Source: an uncultured Verrucomicrobiae bacterium (GTDB taxonomy: Bacteria; Verrucomicrobiota; Verrucomicrobiia; Limisphaerales; Palsa-1400). Taken from it: a stretch of DNA of 64,000 nt. The notes under the pieces are model-generated. The model ran no database searches, was not told the origin of the DNA, and saw only the letters and a list, made by a program, of their open reading frames with translations. The translations under genes were made by a program, and so were the position numbers. Location: positions 2,560,001 to 2,624,000 of the forward strand of contig CAVXRD010000002.1 of the NCBI GenBank assembly GCA_963764165.1, written 5' to 3'. Positions 10,008 to 19,436 of the stretch are shown here, in pieces. The number at the start of each line of letters is the position of its first letter. Within the stretch, counting starts at the first letter, position 1.

Positions 10008-10566
10008 AATCGGAGTAATTGCAGAAGATATTAGTGACATCGATGTTGTTAAGGCGCTATTGCTGAAGCTAATAACGCGCAACAGTTTTTGCGTTCGGCA
10101 CTTTGTAGGAGATGGATGTGGCAAGTTGCGTAACAAATGTCATGCCTGGGCCAATCAACTTCGCCTTATGGGATGTTCTTCGCTTTTATTCGTTCATGAC
10201 TTGGATAGACACAGGGTAGAGCAGCTTCGTCGCGATTTGGTCGAAGCATTGAGCCCCTGCCCAATCGCCAAAAACGCGATTGTAATTCCAGTAGAAGAAA
10301 TCGAGGCGTGGCTTATGTCCGATTCGGAAGCGATCAAGCGTGTGTTTTCCCTAAAGAGAGCGCCTAATCTAACGGGTAATCCTGAGTCTATTGTTAGCCC
10401 GAAAGAGAAGCTCGAATCATTGGTCTGGCGCCTTTCGGGGAAGAGAAGGCGATACATAAATACCGTCCATAATGCAGAAATTGCTAAGTTAACTGCAATT
10501 TCTTCCCTGCGCCGATGTTCTGCGTTTCATGAGTTTGAGCGTTTTGTGAGAACTGATTTATCGTAA
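10000..10566 (+). CDS. DUF4276/RloB-like TOPRIM-type protein
   Basis: IGVIAEDISD, FVHDLD and EEIEAWL motifs; 8-nt overlap with the ATPase; AT-rich. Confidence 0.72.
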   Translation: MIRIGVIAEDISDIDVVKALLLKLITRNSFCVRHFVGDGCGKLRNKCHAWANQLRLMGCSSLLFVHDLDRHRVEQLRRDLVEALSPCPIAKNAIVIPVEEIEAWLMSDSEAIKRVFSLKRAPNLTGNPESIVSPKEKLESLVWRLSGKRRRYINTVHNAEIAKLTAISSLRRCSAFHEFERFVRTDLS

Positions 10567-10605
10567 GCCTTTTACTATTTATATAAGCCCTGCGCCTGCG
10601 CTCAG

Positions 10606-11208
10606 ACCGGCGTCAGTCGCTCACTTTTGACGTTTTTGTATTCGTAAATGGGAATTTGTATTCGTCGGCTGCCATTTCCGCCGCTCGCGCCGGGGACGTG
10701 AAAACCGCGTCGTATTACTAGCGCTCCCAACGGGATTGAAATCATGCAGCCCAGGGTTGCCCCGATTCCAAGAGGGCTACCCTGGGTTAACCGCAAAAGA
10801 AGGATCCCAACCCAGAATGGGTTGAATCAAACTCGCCTATTGCGCATCCTGCCGCCACACCGCAATCACCGGCCAAGATGCATGGCAGAATGGCTACGGC
10901 TTTTTTCCAGCGGCTTTTCACAAATCGAGTCGGTGCGGGCATCCATTGCCGGGCAGGAGGAGCATCATCGGAAGATTTCGTTTCAGGATGAGTTCAGGCA
11001 ATTGTTGCGACGTTACGAAATCGCGTTTGACGAACGGTATCTGTGAAAGGGTCAGGCCTAGAAAAATGACGGTCTTGCTTTCCCATCCGGTCCCTTCTGT
11101 TGATAAAAGGCGTTACCGGCGTCCTCACTTTTGACACTTTTTTATACGGAAATGGGAATCAGTCTTCATCCGCCGCAATTCCCGCCGCTCGCGCCGGGGA
11201 CGTAAAAA
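10606..11208. repeat. Diverged ~95-bp direct repeat pair (10606-10704, 11115-11208)
   Basis: Both copies contain ACCGGCGTC..CTCACTTTTGAC...AAATGGGAAT...CCGCCGCTCGCGCCGGGGACGT. Confidence 0.8.
10880..11046 (+). pseudogene. IS200/IS605-family Y1 transposase C-terminal remnant
   Basis: FSSGFSQIESVRASIAGQEEHHRKISFQDEFRQLLRRYEIAFDERYL matches the TnpA C-terminus. The catalytic Tyr of YIxxQ appears as S, and no HUH N-terminus is visible. Confidence 0.75.
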
Positions 11209-11254
11209 GCTGCGCCCGCCGGGCGAATATCAAGTTTTGACACTTTCTCTGAAA

Positions 11255-11355
11255 GGTAGGGACGCCTCGCCGAGGCGTCCGGTTGCGCGTGGATATGCAA
11301 AGGGTCGCTCGTGAATAATGCCTCACCCCGGACGCCTCGGCGAGGCGTCTCTACC
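11255..11355. repeat. REP-like doublet, family B (GGTAGGGACGCCTCGCCGAGGCGTCC)
   Basis: Two GACGCCTCG-CGAGGCGTC hairpins with GTAG/CTAC ends; copies at 27207, 48955 and 51511. Confidence 0.9.
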
Positions 11356-11474
11356 AAAACATGATTTGCGCCCGTGCCCGTTCCATGCGCCCAAGGCAGA
11401 CGCATCTAGTTTTCGGGGTTTCCGTCCGTGATGCCAGAGGCATCCGAGATTGTAGCCGGTGGTTGAGCGAAGCG

Positions 11475-12774
11475 CATGCGTGTCCAGTTATAAGTGAAAC
11501 AAAGGCAATGTGTTACGACTTTCCGAATCGTTTTCGGAAATGGCGTTTGTTGCAAGCAGCTCACCCAGAGGGGTTTGCTCAAACGCGCTGACGCTGAAAA
11601 TTTGCAGGATTTCATACAGACTTTTCTCCAATTTCCAATGCTTTTTGGCGATGGCCACCAAGAGGTAAGTGCAAATGGCGCACCATATCTGGCATTGAAT
11701 GGCGTTGCGGGAATGGCCGATGAAGCGGCGGATCCGCAGGTGCTGCTTGATCCATTTGAAGAACAGCTCCACCCTCCATCGCTTTTTGTATAATTCACAA
11801 ATGGTCAGAGGAGGCAGTTCGAAATCATTGGTCAGAAACACCAGCGTGCGCTCTTCCAGCGCGTCCCGAAAAACCACTCGCCTGAGCGGAACCGGATACC
11901 GGCCTTTGGAGTCTTCGCCAGTCAAGCGAATGGTTTGATCGCACCGCAAACCGCCATCCTTGTCAACGACGCGAGATGCCTTCACCCTGAATTTGATCTG
12001 CCGCTTGTTGCGCACGACGAATTTGGCCTCGGCGGTTTCCACATTCATCAGCCTGGCGAAATCCAAATAGGCCCGGTCCATCACATGGAAGGCGCCGCGC
12101 TCCAAGGGAATCTGGTCGAGCATTTTCACGTCGGGAACAGAGGCTTCCGTGAGCGCCGCCCACACCGGCAGGTCCCCCCGGAAGGACAGCATCGTGTGGA
12201 GCTTCATCGCGCCGGCGCGGGACCGTCCCCAATAGGCCCAAGGAAAGATTTTGATGCTCAGATGAATGATGGAGCTGTCCAAAGCCAGCGCGACGGCGGG
12301 AAAATCCGGGTCTGCGTTTTCAGGCTGGTAAAGCGCGCGGGCGCGCCGCATCAGCACTTCGGCCACTCCGGCAAAGACCCGCCAATCCCGGTTTTCGTTG
12401 GAGTAAGCCAGATTGGTCCGTGTGATCCTTCCCCGAAAGCCCAAATGATACTGCATGCGTGGACGGGCCTGCAGGCAGGCAACAATGTCGCGCAGACTCT
12501 CACGGTAAGTCAATTGTCCGAAACACAGAGCCAGGAAATGGTCGTAGGCGCTGAACGAGCGCGAGGAGCGCTTCATGGGAAAGGCCTCAGCGCAACGCCG
12601 AAATTCGGACGGATAAAGGAGATCGGTTAATTGGGAAAACACGTTTTGGTGGGAAGGCATTTGCCCAGCAAACCCGCTTCCAAACTGGATATCGAGAACA
12701 AACCCCAAATTCCCCAACCCTGCGATAATCAACGACTTTGGGCGCGTTGGCAACGCCTTAACTGGACACGAGTG
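11475..12774 (-). mobile_element. Complete IS4-family insertion sequence (1300 bp)
   Basis: TIRs CATGCGTGTCCAGTTA / TAACTGGACACGAGTG (14/16); 9-bp target duplication AGCGAAGCG at 11466-11474 and 12775-12783. Confidence 0.92.
11488..12660 (-). CDS. IS4-family DDE transposase (DUF4372-like N-terminus)
   Basis: Motifs QLTYRESLRDI, LDSSII, KLHT, MDRAYLD, YKKRWRVELFFKWIKQHLRI; start set at ATG 12660. Confidence 0.93.
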   Translation of the reverse strand: MPSHQNVFSQLTDLLYPSEFRRCAEAFPMKRSSRSFSAYDHFLALCFGQLTYRESLRDIVACLQARPRMQYHLGFRGRITRTNLAYSNENRDWRVFAGVAEVLMRRARALYQPENADPDFPAVALALDSSIIHLSIKIFPWAYWGRSRAGAMKLHTMLSFRGDLPVWAALTEASVPDVKMLDQIPLERGAFHVMDRAYLDFARLMNVETAEAKFVVRNKRQIKFRVKASRVVDKDGGLRCDQTIRLTGEDSKGRYPVPLRRVVFRDALEERTLVFLTNDFELPPLTICELYKKRWRVELFFKWIKQHLRIRRFIGHSRNAIQCQIWCAICTYLLVAIAKKHWKLEKSLYEILQIFSVSAFEQTPLGELLATNAISENDSESRNTLPLFHL

Positions 12775-12938
12775 AGCGAAGCGACACCACCGGACAACAA
12801 TTTAGAAATCGGAATGCACCCCGGAAGTGGGTGCCAGCATCGGGTGTCAAATGCGACGCCGTTGTTCGGACGGTGCTGGGACGCCTTTCAGGGTCCGAGG
12901 GGATTTTTGGCATTTGTTTCCGGTGGTGTCGCTGCCGC

Positions 12939-14048
12939 TCAACCACCGGCTACAATCTGGCATCCCTCCGGGATTCGGTTTAGATGCGTCTGCCCGCCCC
13001 CATCCCCGCGCGTCATCGTGACAATGTGTTCATTTGCCGCTTGCCGCCCAACATCCACTCGTGCTGGCCCCTGTTCCGTCTGTTCCCTTGGGGCGGATGC
13101 ACGTTCCTCGTTCCCAACGGGATTGTTGGGCGGGCTATCGCTATCGCTGCGCGCTGGAATACTAGGCTTCTGCTCTGAATGATTGACGCTCTTTGGGCTG
13201 TCAACGGGCTTCGGATAAACCGGCAACGGATCGCCGTAGGGAGGGCGGTAGCCTTCCGGGAAACCATTGGGATAGCGCCGCTTCATTTCCGTCCGCACCT
13301 GGAGGGTGACTTCCTCCTCCTTATACCGCATCGCCGCTCCCGGCCCTTCCCATTGTCTTGTGTTGTTGTTCCAGTTGGCGGCGAAGCGGCCTGTGCCCAG
13401 GATTTTGTTGGTGCGGTCCTCCTGTTCCTCGGGCGAGCGCTTGCGGTTTTTTTCCGCCTCTTGCCGCAGGCGCTCCTCCAGCATTTTCAGCTTCTCCCGG
13501 TCGAGCCGCACCTTCTCGCCATAATACTCCGCCCGCCGCAACAGGGTGTAGGACATCACCAATTGGTGCAGCGACGCCGTTTTGTCCGGCCCTTCGGGCA
13601 TGGCCCCGCAGCGCTGCATCTCCACGAACAGCCGCGCGCTCAGCACGACCGCCAGATGCCGGTTGAGATTTTCCGCCGCCGGACCTTCCACCCCGGCGGC
13701 GGCCGTCGCCACGGCTTCCACCGCCTCCTGCGTGTTCCGCTGCTCCAGCCACCCGGCGTAACCGCCCTGGCGCCAGCGCGAGAGGTTGACTTCCGTGATG
13801 GGCTGGGAGTCAAAAGATTGCGCCAGCACGCGCTGCACCTCCGGCAGGGCGTTGAGCCATTCCAGAATGGCGGCAGGCGGCTCCGCTTCCAAAAGCCGCT
13901 CGTTCAATTCAGCCCGGATATCGGCGGGCAGACGCGCGATCTTGCTGGTGCGGGCGCGGCCGGTCGGCCCGCAGCACTCCTGCCCCGGCGCCCCCGCCGC
14001 TGTTTTCGCCTCCGGCTCCGAATGAACAATCGATGATTCATTTGTCAT
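12939..14048 (-). CDS. Hypothetical protein with DUF3486/Mu gp27-like N-terminal HTH
   Basis: SKIARLPADIRAELNERL...ILEWLNALPEV...ITEVNLSRWRQGGY, followed by a coiled-coil. The C-terminus runs into repeat DNA. Confidence 0.6.
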   Translation of the reverse strand: MTNESSIVHSEPEAKTAAGAPGQECCGPTGRARTSKIARLPADIRAELNERLLEAEPPAAILEWLNALPEVQRVLAQSFDSQPITEVNLSRWRQGGYAGWLEQRNTQEAVEAVATAAAGVEGPAAENLNRHLAVVLSARLFVEMQRCGAMPEGPDKTASLHQLVMSYTLLRRAEYYGEKVRLDREKLKMLEERLRQEAEKNRKRSPEEQEDRTNKILGTGRFAANWNNNTRQWEGPGAAMRYKEEEVTLQVRTEMKRRYPNGFPEGYRPPYGDPLPVYPKPVDSPKSVNHSEQKPSIPARSDSDSPPNNPVGNEERASAPREQTEQGPARVDVGRQAANEHIVTMTRGDGGGQTHLNRIPEGCQIVAGG

Positions 14049-14056
14049 ACACTTAC

Positions 14057-14119
14057 AACATACCACAAAAGCGTGGAACTGCAAGCATAATTGACAAAAG
14101 AGATTTTTGGGCTTATTTT
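14057..14119. promoter_or_regulatory. Back-to-back sigma70-like promoters
   Basis: Minus strand TTGCAG-N16-TATGTT (with TG extension) 8 nt before ATG 14048. Plus strand TTGACA(14091)-N17-TATTTT(14114). Confidence 0.45.
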
Positions 14120-14448
14120 TCCCCTGTCGCCGTCAGGGCATGTTCTTTGAAATTTTGCGGAAGGAAATGAACTCGCGCGCAGAGAGGAAGAGTGCGCAGA
14201 GGAGCGCAACGACAAATTCTCGCCTGCTTGAAACAGGGCGCCATGAGGTGCCTAAAGGATAATTTGGGCGGACACGCAGGTCCGCCCTACCGAATTGGGG
14301 CAGGGCGGTGTGCGCCCGCCCAGAGACTCCTGGAACCTCACGGTGACCGGCCCGTTGCATGCTATTGCACCCTATTGCACCCTTCGTTTTGAATCGGGCG
14401 GATTTCTTCGCGTCCTTTGTTTCCTTGGTGCAGCCCTCCTATTTTCTG

Positions 14449-14551
14449 AAAATGTAGCGGGTTTGTAGCCCCTGTGTTGCCCTTTGTGTAGCGGCTTAAG
14501 TGACTAGCCATCAACAGTGTAGCGGGTGTTGCCCCTTTTTGGAGATCATAT
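14449..14551. repeat. TGTAGC/TGTTGC hexamer array, copy 1
   Basis: Reverse complement closely matches 33436-33537. Confidence 0.85.
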
Positions 14552-14591
14552 AATATCATCTGGAATACCCAACCTCAGGAAAAGAGGGCAA

Positions 14592-14728
14592 GCCGCAGAT
14601 GGACGCACATCAACGCAGATAGGAATGCCTCCGGCGAACCTGAAACGGTCGAAGCTGACGAAACTTGCAGGTGGTTGGAACACCAATGCCTTTTCCCAAA
14701 TCTGCGTTGGTCTGCGTCCATCTGCGGC
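14592..14728. repeat. Palindrome of tandem CAGAT units, family D
   Basis: GCCGCAGATGGACGCACATCAACGCAGAT ... ATCTGCGTTGGTCTGCGTCCATCTGCGGC; relative at 52735-52873. Confidence 0.8.
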
Positions 14729-14820
14729 CAGTTCCGCCTTCCCGACTCAATTTTCGGCATTATTCGTGCGGTTGGTCTTTGGCACAGCCGCGCCGTTTGT
14801 CGGGCTGTGTCCGTGGCGCT

Positions 14821-15085
14821 GGGCGCATCTCAGTTTTTGTGAGGGCGGTCTTCTGCAAAAAGCTCCGCCGGTCGACAAAGTGATCGCTCTCTCCCCGCCA
14901 AGCTTGGCGGGGAGAGAGAAGGAGAGAGGGGCAACTCATTAAAACCGGGCGAGGCGAGGGGCATTGAGGGCCGATGGATTTCAGTCGTTTCCTAATCGCC
15001 CCTCTCCCTAACCCTCTCCCCGCTGCGCAGGGCGAGGGAATCCGCGTTTCGTCGGCAAGGGATTGCCAAAAAGTGAGATGTGCCC
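14821..15085. mobile_element. MITE-like element (TIR GGGCGCATCTCA) carrying a CCCTCTCCC-type REP doublet
   Basis: GGGCGCATCTCAGTTTTTG ... CAAAAAGTGAGATGTGCCC; internal CTCTCTCCCCGCC..GGCGGGGAGAGAG and CCCTCTCCCTAACCCTCTCCCC. Confidence 0.65.
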
Positions 15086-15147
15086 CGTGGCGCTGAGACC
15101 CGCAAGCCTTCCTTGACCGCGCGCGCGCCTGCTTCCATTATGGTGGC

Positions 15148-16497
15148 ATGAATCGTCGAAGCTTTTTGAAAATGTCTTCTGCCGCCGGCTTGGCGATGGC
15201 GGCGGCCGGGCCCGCCGCGGCGCACGCGGATGGCGATGTCAAACGCGTCGGTCTCATCGGTTGCGGCTGGTATGGCAAGAGCGACTTGTGCCGATTGATT
15301 CAAGTGGCGCCGGTGGAAGTTGTTTCGTTGTGCGATGTGGACAGCAACACCTTGTCAGAGGCGGCCGATCTTTTCGCCGTGCGCCAGAAATCCAAAAAGA
15401 AACCGCGCACCTATCACGATTACCGGGACATGCTCAAGGAGAAGGACCTTGATGTCGTGCTGGTGGGAACGCCGGATCATTGGCATGCGCTGGCGATGAT
15501 CGCCGCCGTCGAAGCCGGGGCGGATGTCTATGTGCAAAAGCCGATCAGCGTCGATGTGGCGGAAGGGCAGGCGATGGTGGCCGCCGCGCGCAAACACAAG
15601 CGCGTCGTCCAAGTGGGGCTTGAGCGCCGCACGACTCCGCATTTGATCGAGGCCAAAAAGGAAATTATCGATTCCGGCAAATTGGGAACAATCGGGCTGG
15701 TGGAGATTTATTGTTACTTTTCAGGACGCGCCGGAAACCCGCCGGACTCCAAGCCGCCCGAAGGTTTTGATTATGACCTGTGGACGGGGCCGGCGCCGAT
15801 GCGCCCTTACAACAATCTTGTGCATTCGCGGGGCTGGCGGAATTTCATGGAATACGGCAACGGCATACTTGGCGACATGGGTGTCCATATGCTTGACGTC
15901 GCCCGTTGGATGCTGAACCTCGGCTGGCCCATTTCCATCGACTCTTCCGGCGGCATTCTCCTGGACGTCGGCGGCAAAGCGAATACGCCCGACACGCAGA
16001 CCGCTGTTTTCGATTTCGGCAAGCTTCAAGTGGTCTGGCAGCACCGCTGCTGGGGGAGCCCGCCTGATCCGAATTACTTTTGGGGCGCAAATTTTTATGG
16101 CGACAAGGGCACGTTGAAAGCGGGTGTTTTTTCCTACGATTTCATTCCGCGCGCCATGCACGACCCGAAGATTCACCGCGACTGTGTGATCGAGACCGAC
16201 AAGTATCCGGAAGACAAAACAGAGAAGGGGATCGAGGATTTCGCCGCCCCCGGCAATCGCGGCAACATGCGCAATTTCATGGATTGCGTGGCATCCCGCG
16301 AAAAGCCGGTGTCGGACATCGAGGAAGGCCACATTTCCACCGCCTCGTGCATTCTGGGAAATATGTCCTTGAAGCTCGGCCGCCGGCTGAAATGGGACAG
16401 CCAGGCCGGACAAGTCGTCGGCGACCCTGAAGCCAATGCCTTGCTGCGCCGGCCCTACCGGTCCCCGTGGGTTCATCCCGAAGCGGGCGCGGTTTGA
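15148..16497 (+). CDS. Tat-exported Gfo/Idh/MocA oxidoreductase
   Basis: Tat motif NRRSFLK, plus GLIGCGWYG, TPDHWH, YVQKP, DMGVH. Confidence 0.92.
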   Translation: MNRRSFLKMSSAAGLAMAAAGPAAAHADGDVKRVGLIGCGWYGKSDLCRLIQVAPVEVVSLCDVDSNTLSEAADLFAVRQKSKKKPRTYHDYRDMLKEKDLDVVLVGTPDHWHALAMIAAVEAGADVYVQKPISVDVAEGQAMVAAARKHKRVVQVGLERRTTPHLIEAKKEIIDSGKLGTIGLVEIYCYFSGRAGNPPDSKPPEGFDYDLWTGPAPMRPYNNLVHSRGWRNFMEYGNGILGDMGVHMLDVARWMLNLGWPISIDSSGGILLDVGGKANTPDTQTAVFDFGKLQVVWQHRCWGSPPDPNYFWGANFYGDKGTLKAGVFSYDFIPRAMHDPKIHRDCVIETDKYPEDKTEKGIEDFAAPGNRGNMRNFMDCVASREKPVSDIEEGHISTASCILGNMSLKLGRRLKWDSQAGQVVGDPEANALLRRPYRSPWVHPEAGAV

Positions 16498-16610
16498 GAG
16501 TTGGCAGCGCAAGAAATGGTGGGAAAATATTAAAATTTGTTAGGAGACAACGCAAGTTTCGTGATTAGATTGGGCCGGGAGCGGTGTGCGCTGCCGCATC
16601 CGGATGTCAA

Positions 16611-17831
16611 ATGAAACGACGCATTTATGTAGTTGACGATCAGGTGGCTGTGATGGAAACAGCCGTCTTGATTCTGCGTGGAATCGAAAGCCAGTGGGAG
16701 GTTGAAGGCTTCAGCGACCCTTTTACGGCGCTGGCGGCGGTCAAGGCTACCCCTCCCGATCTCGTGCTCTCGGACCAGCTTATGCCGGGCATGCAAGGCA
16801 GCCAGCTTCTGGAGGAAATCCGCAACATCGCGCCTGGCGCCATCCGGATTATCATGTCGGGTTATGTGTCGCTCAACCGGCTGACCCTCATTACTTCAGC
16901 CCATCAGTACATCGCCAAGCCATTTGACATCGGGCGCCTGCGCGAGGTGCTCCGCCGCAGCTTCGCCGCGCAGGAGCGTATCCAAAATTGCGGCCTGCAA
17001 AAGCTGGCGGCCTCGCTGCGCTCGATTCCCTCGCTGCCACAGGTTCATCAAACACTCTTGCAGGAGTTGAACGACAATCACACCGCCGGCACCGTCATTG
17101 CGCGGACCTTGGCGGAAGATCCGGGGCTTTCCATCAAAGTGCTCCAGTTGGCGAACTCCCCGCTTTTCGGGCGGGGGAATCTCATCACGAATCCCTCGGA
17201 GGCCGTCATGTGCCTTGGCACGGAGATGATCGCGGCCATTGTTCTTTCACAATGCCTGCTCCGGCACTACGAGCCCATGAGCCACGCTGAGTTTGATCCC
17301 AAGCGCGTTTGGGCGCATTGCTGGGAGACGGCCTGCCTCTCGCAGGTGTTGTGCCGGGAGAAGAAGCTTTCGCGGCGGGTGGCGGAAGAAGCGTTTCTGG
17401 CCGGGCTGCTGCATGAAGCGGGCCGCTATATTCTCATCGACAATTTTCCGGGAAAATATGGCGCCGCCTGCGCCCGGGCGCGCGAAGCGAAGTCTCCTCT
17501 TGTCCCGCACCTCGTCGAGGAGTTCAAATCGACTCCCGTTCAATTGACGGCTTATCTCATGGAACTCTGGGGCATGCCGGCCGAAGTGGTTGCCGCCTTG
17601 TCGCTGCTGGACCACCCGCAACAGGAGCCGGGCGGCGCGTTTTCGCTGGCTTCCGCCCTTTATCTGGCCGACCATCTGGCTTCGCGCGCAGCGCCGGCGG
17701 ATGATTTTCCCCAGGAACCATGGAATATGGATTACCTTCGTTCCATTGGATGCGAGGCCGACCTCGCTGAATGGGAAAAGCGTCCTATCCGCCGAAGCCC
17801 GTCCGCGCTTAACGAAAGCAAATTATGTTGA
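16611..17831 (+). CDS. Response regulator with HDOD domain
   Basis: REC (VVDD, SDQLMPGMQG, KP) plus HDOD (DPGLSIKVLQLANSPLFG, AGLLHEAG). Confidence 0.9.
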   Translation: MKRRIYVVDDQVAVMETAVLILRGIESQWEVEGFSDPFTALAAVKATPPDLVLSDQLMPGMQGSQLLEEIRNIAPGAIRIIMSGYVSLNRLTLITSAHQYIAKPFDIGRLREVLRRSFAAQERIQNCGLQKLAASLRSIPSLPQVHQTLLQELNDNHTAGTVIARTLAEDPGLSIKVLQLANSPLFGRGNLITNPSEAVMCLGTEMIAAIVLSQCLLRHYEPMSHAEFDPKRVWAHCWETACLSQVLCREKKLSRRVAEEAFLAGLLHEAGRYILIDNFPGKYGAACARAREAKSPLVPHLVEEFKSTPVQLTAYLMELWGMPAEVVAALSLLDHPQQEPGGAFSLASALYLADHLASRAAPADDFPQEPWNMDYLRSIGCEADLAEWEKRPIRRSPSALNESKLC

Positions 17832-18709
17832 CAGGAACCTATACCGCCATCGTCACGCCCTTTCGCGGCGGCCAGTTTGACGCCGTTGCCTTCAAGAAGC
17901 TCGTCGAGCTTCAGGTCAAAGGCGGGGTGGATGGCATTGTGCCGGTGGGCACCACCGGCGAATCGCCGACGCTGGATTACAAGGAGCATATTGAGGTGAT
18001 CGGCCACGCGGTCGAATACGCCGCGGGAAGGCTGCATGTCATGGCTGGAACCGGCGGCAATTCCACCAGCGAGGCCGTCTACTTGACGCGCGAGGCCGAG
18101 AAAGCCGGAGCCGACTCGACCCTGCAAGTGGCGCCGTATTACAACAAGCCGACGCAGGAGGGATTGTTCCAGCATTTTCTGGAGGTCAGCCGAGCGACCA
18201 AATTGCCCATCGTGCTCTACAGCGTTCCCTCGCGCTGCGGAGTGGAGATCGCGCCGGAAACCGTCCGGCGCCTCGCGACGGCCACTCCCAGAGTGGTGAG
18301 CATCAAGGAGGCCGGCGGCAATGCGGACCGCGTGAGCCAATTGCGCGCCGCCCTCGGCCCAAAATTCTCCATACTTTCCGGCGACGATGCGCTCATCGTG
18401 CCGTTCATGGCGCTCGGGGCGTGCGGCGTGGTAAGCGTGGCCTCGAATGTGGTGCCGCGCGAAGTGTCGAAGCTGGTGAAATTATTCCAATCCGGCAAAA
18501 CCGCGGCCGCGCTCAAAGTGCATGAACAGTTTTATCCGCTCTTCAAGGATTTGTTCATTGAATCCAATCCGCAACCGGTGAAAACCGCGCTCGCGATGAT
18601 GGGCTTGATTCAGGAAGAATTTCGCCTGCCGCTGGTCCCGATGAGCGCGAAAAATCGCGCCACACTTAAAGCGACATTGATCCAATGTGGAGTGCTGAAA
18701 CATGACTAG
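17825..18709 (+). CDS. dapA: 4-hydroxy-tetrahydrodipicolinate synthase
   Basis: Motifs GTTGESPTL, PYYNKPTQEG, LYSVPSR, IKEA, SGDD. Confidence 0.95.
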   Translation: MLTGTYTAIVTPFRGGQFDAVAFKKLVELQVKGGVDGIVPVGTTGESPTLDYKEHIEVIGHAVEYAAGRLHVMAGTGGNSTSEAVYLTREAEKAGADSTLQVAPYYNKPTQEGLFQHFLEVSRATKLPIVLYSVPSRCGVEIAPETVRRLATATPRVVSIKEAGGNADRVSQLRAALGPKFSILSGDDALIVPFMALGACGVVSVASNVVPREVSKLVKLFQSGKTAAALKVHEQFYPLFKDLFIESNPQPVKTALAMMGLIQEEFRLPLVPMSAKNRATLKATLIQCGVLKHD

Positions 18710-19436
18710 AGTAATCATCGCCGGAGCCAAGGGCCGCATGGGAACCGCGCTGTTGCGCTGCGCGGAATCGACCTCGGGAATGACAGTAGCCGGCCGCCTC
18801 GATTCGGGGGACGATCTCGCGTCCATCATTTCCGCCACCGACGTCGTGGTGGATTTTACCGCTCACGACGCGACCATTGGGTTCGCAAAAATTTGCGCGG
18901 CGAACAAGAAACCCATGGTTATCGGCACCACCGGGCATTGCCCCGAGGATCGCGCGGCGCTGGCCAAATTTGCCTCGGAAATTCCAATCGTCCTTAGCTC
19001 GAATTATTCGACAGGAGTCAACGCCCTGTTTTGGTTGACACACAAGGCGGCGGAAATCCTCGGGCCGGGTTTTGATTTGGAGGTCGTCGAAATGCATCAC
19101 CGCCTGAAAAAAGACGCGCCCAGCGGCACGGCCGCCTCCCTCGCAAAAATCCTGGCCGACGCGCGATTCGTGTCGCTCGAAAAAGAAGCGCGGCATGGGC
19201 GCGAAGGATTGGTTGGGGAGCGCACGCCCTCGGAAATCGGCATTCATTCCATTCGTGGCGGAGATGTGGTGGGCGACCATACGGTTATTTTTGCGTCGAC
19301 CGGTGAGCGCGTGGAATTGACCCACAAAGCGTCGAGCCGCGACACCTTTGCCATCGGCGCGCTCCGGGCTGCGCGCTGGGTGGCCGGAAAGCCGCCCGGG
19401 CTATACGACATGCAGGATGTCCTCGGACTCAGATGA
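18702..19436 (+). CDS. dapB: 4-hydroxy-tetrahydrodipicolinate reductase
   Basis: Motifs GAKGRMG, GTTG, EMHHRLKKDAPSGTA. Confidence 0.95.
   Translation: MTRVIIAGAKGRMGTALLRCAESTSGMTVAGRLDSGDDLASIISATDVVVDFTAHDATIGFAKICAANKKPMVIGTTGHCPEDRAALAKFASEIPIVLSSNYSTGVNALFWLTHKAAEILGPGFDLEVVEMHHRLKKDAPSGTAASLAKILADARFVSLEKEARHGREGLVGERTPSEIGIHSIRGGDVVGDHTVIFASTGERVELTHKASSRDTFAIGALRAARWVAGKPPGLYDMQDVLGLR

Larger units (their letters stand above)
11431..12974. repeat. Long palindromic repeat interrupted by the IS4 element
   Basis: Left arm GATTGTAGCCGGTGGTTGAGCGAAGCG|ACACCACCGG pairs with CCGGTGGTGTCGCTGCCGCTCAACCACCGGCTACAATC at 12920-12958. Confidence 0.75.

Noticed and set aside
12939..14048. Prophage
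   Set aside because: A single phage-like domain with no terminase large subunit, capsid, tail or integrase genes.
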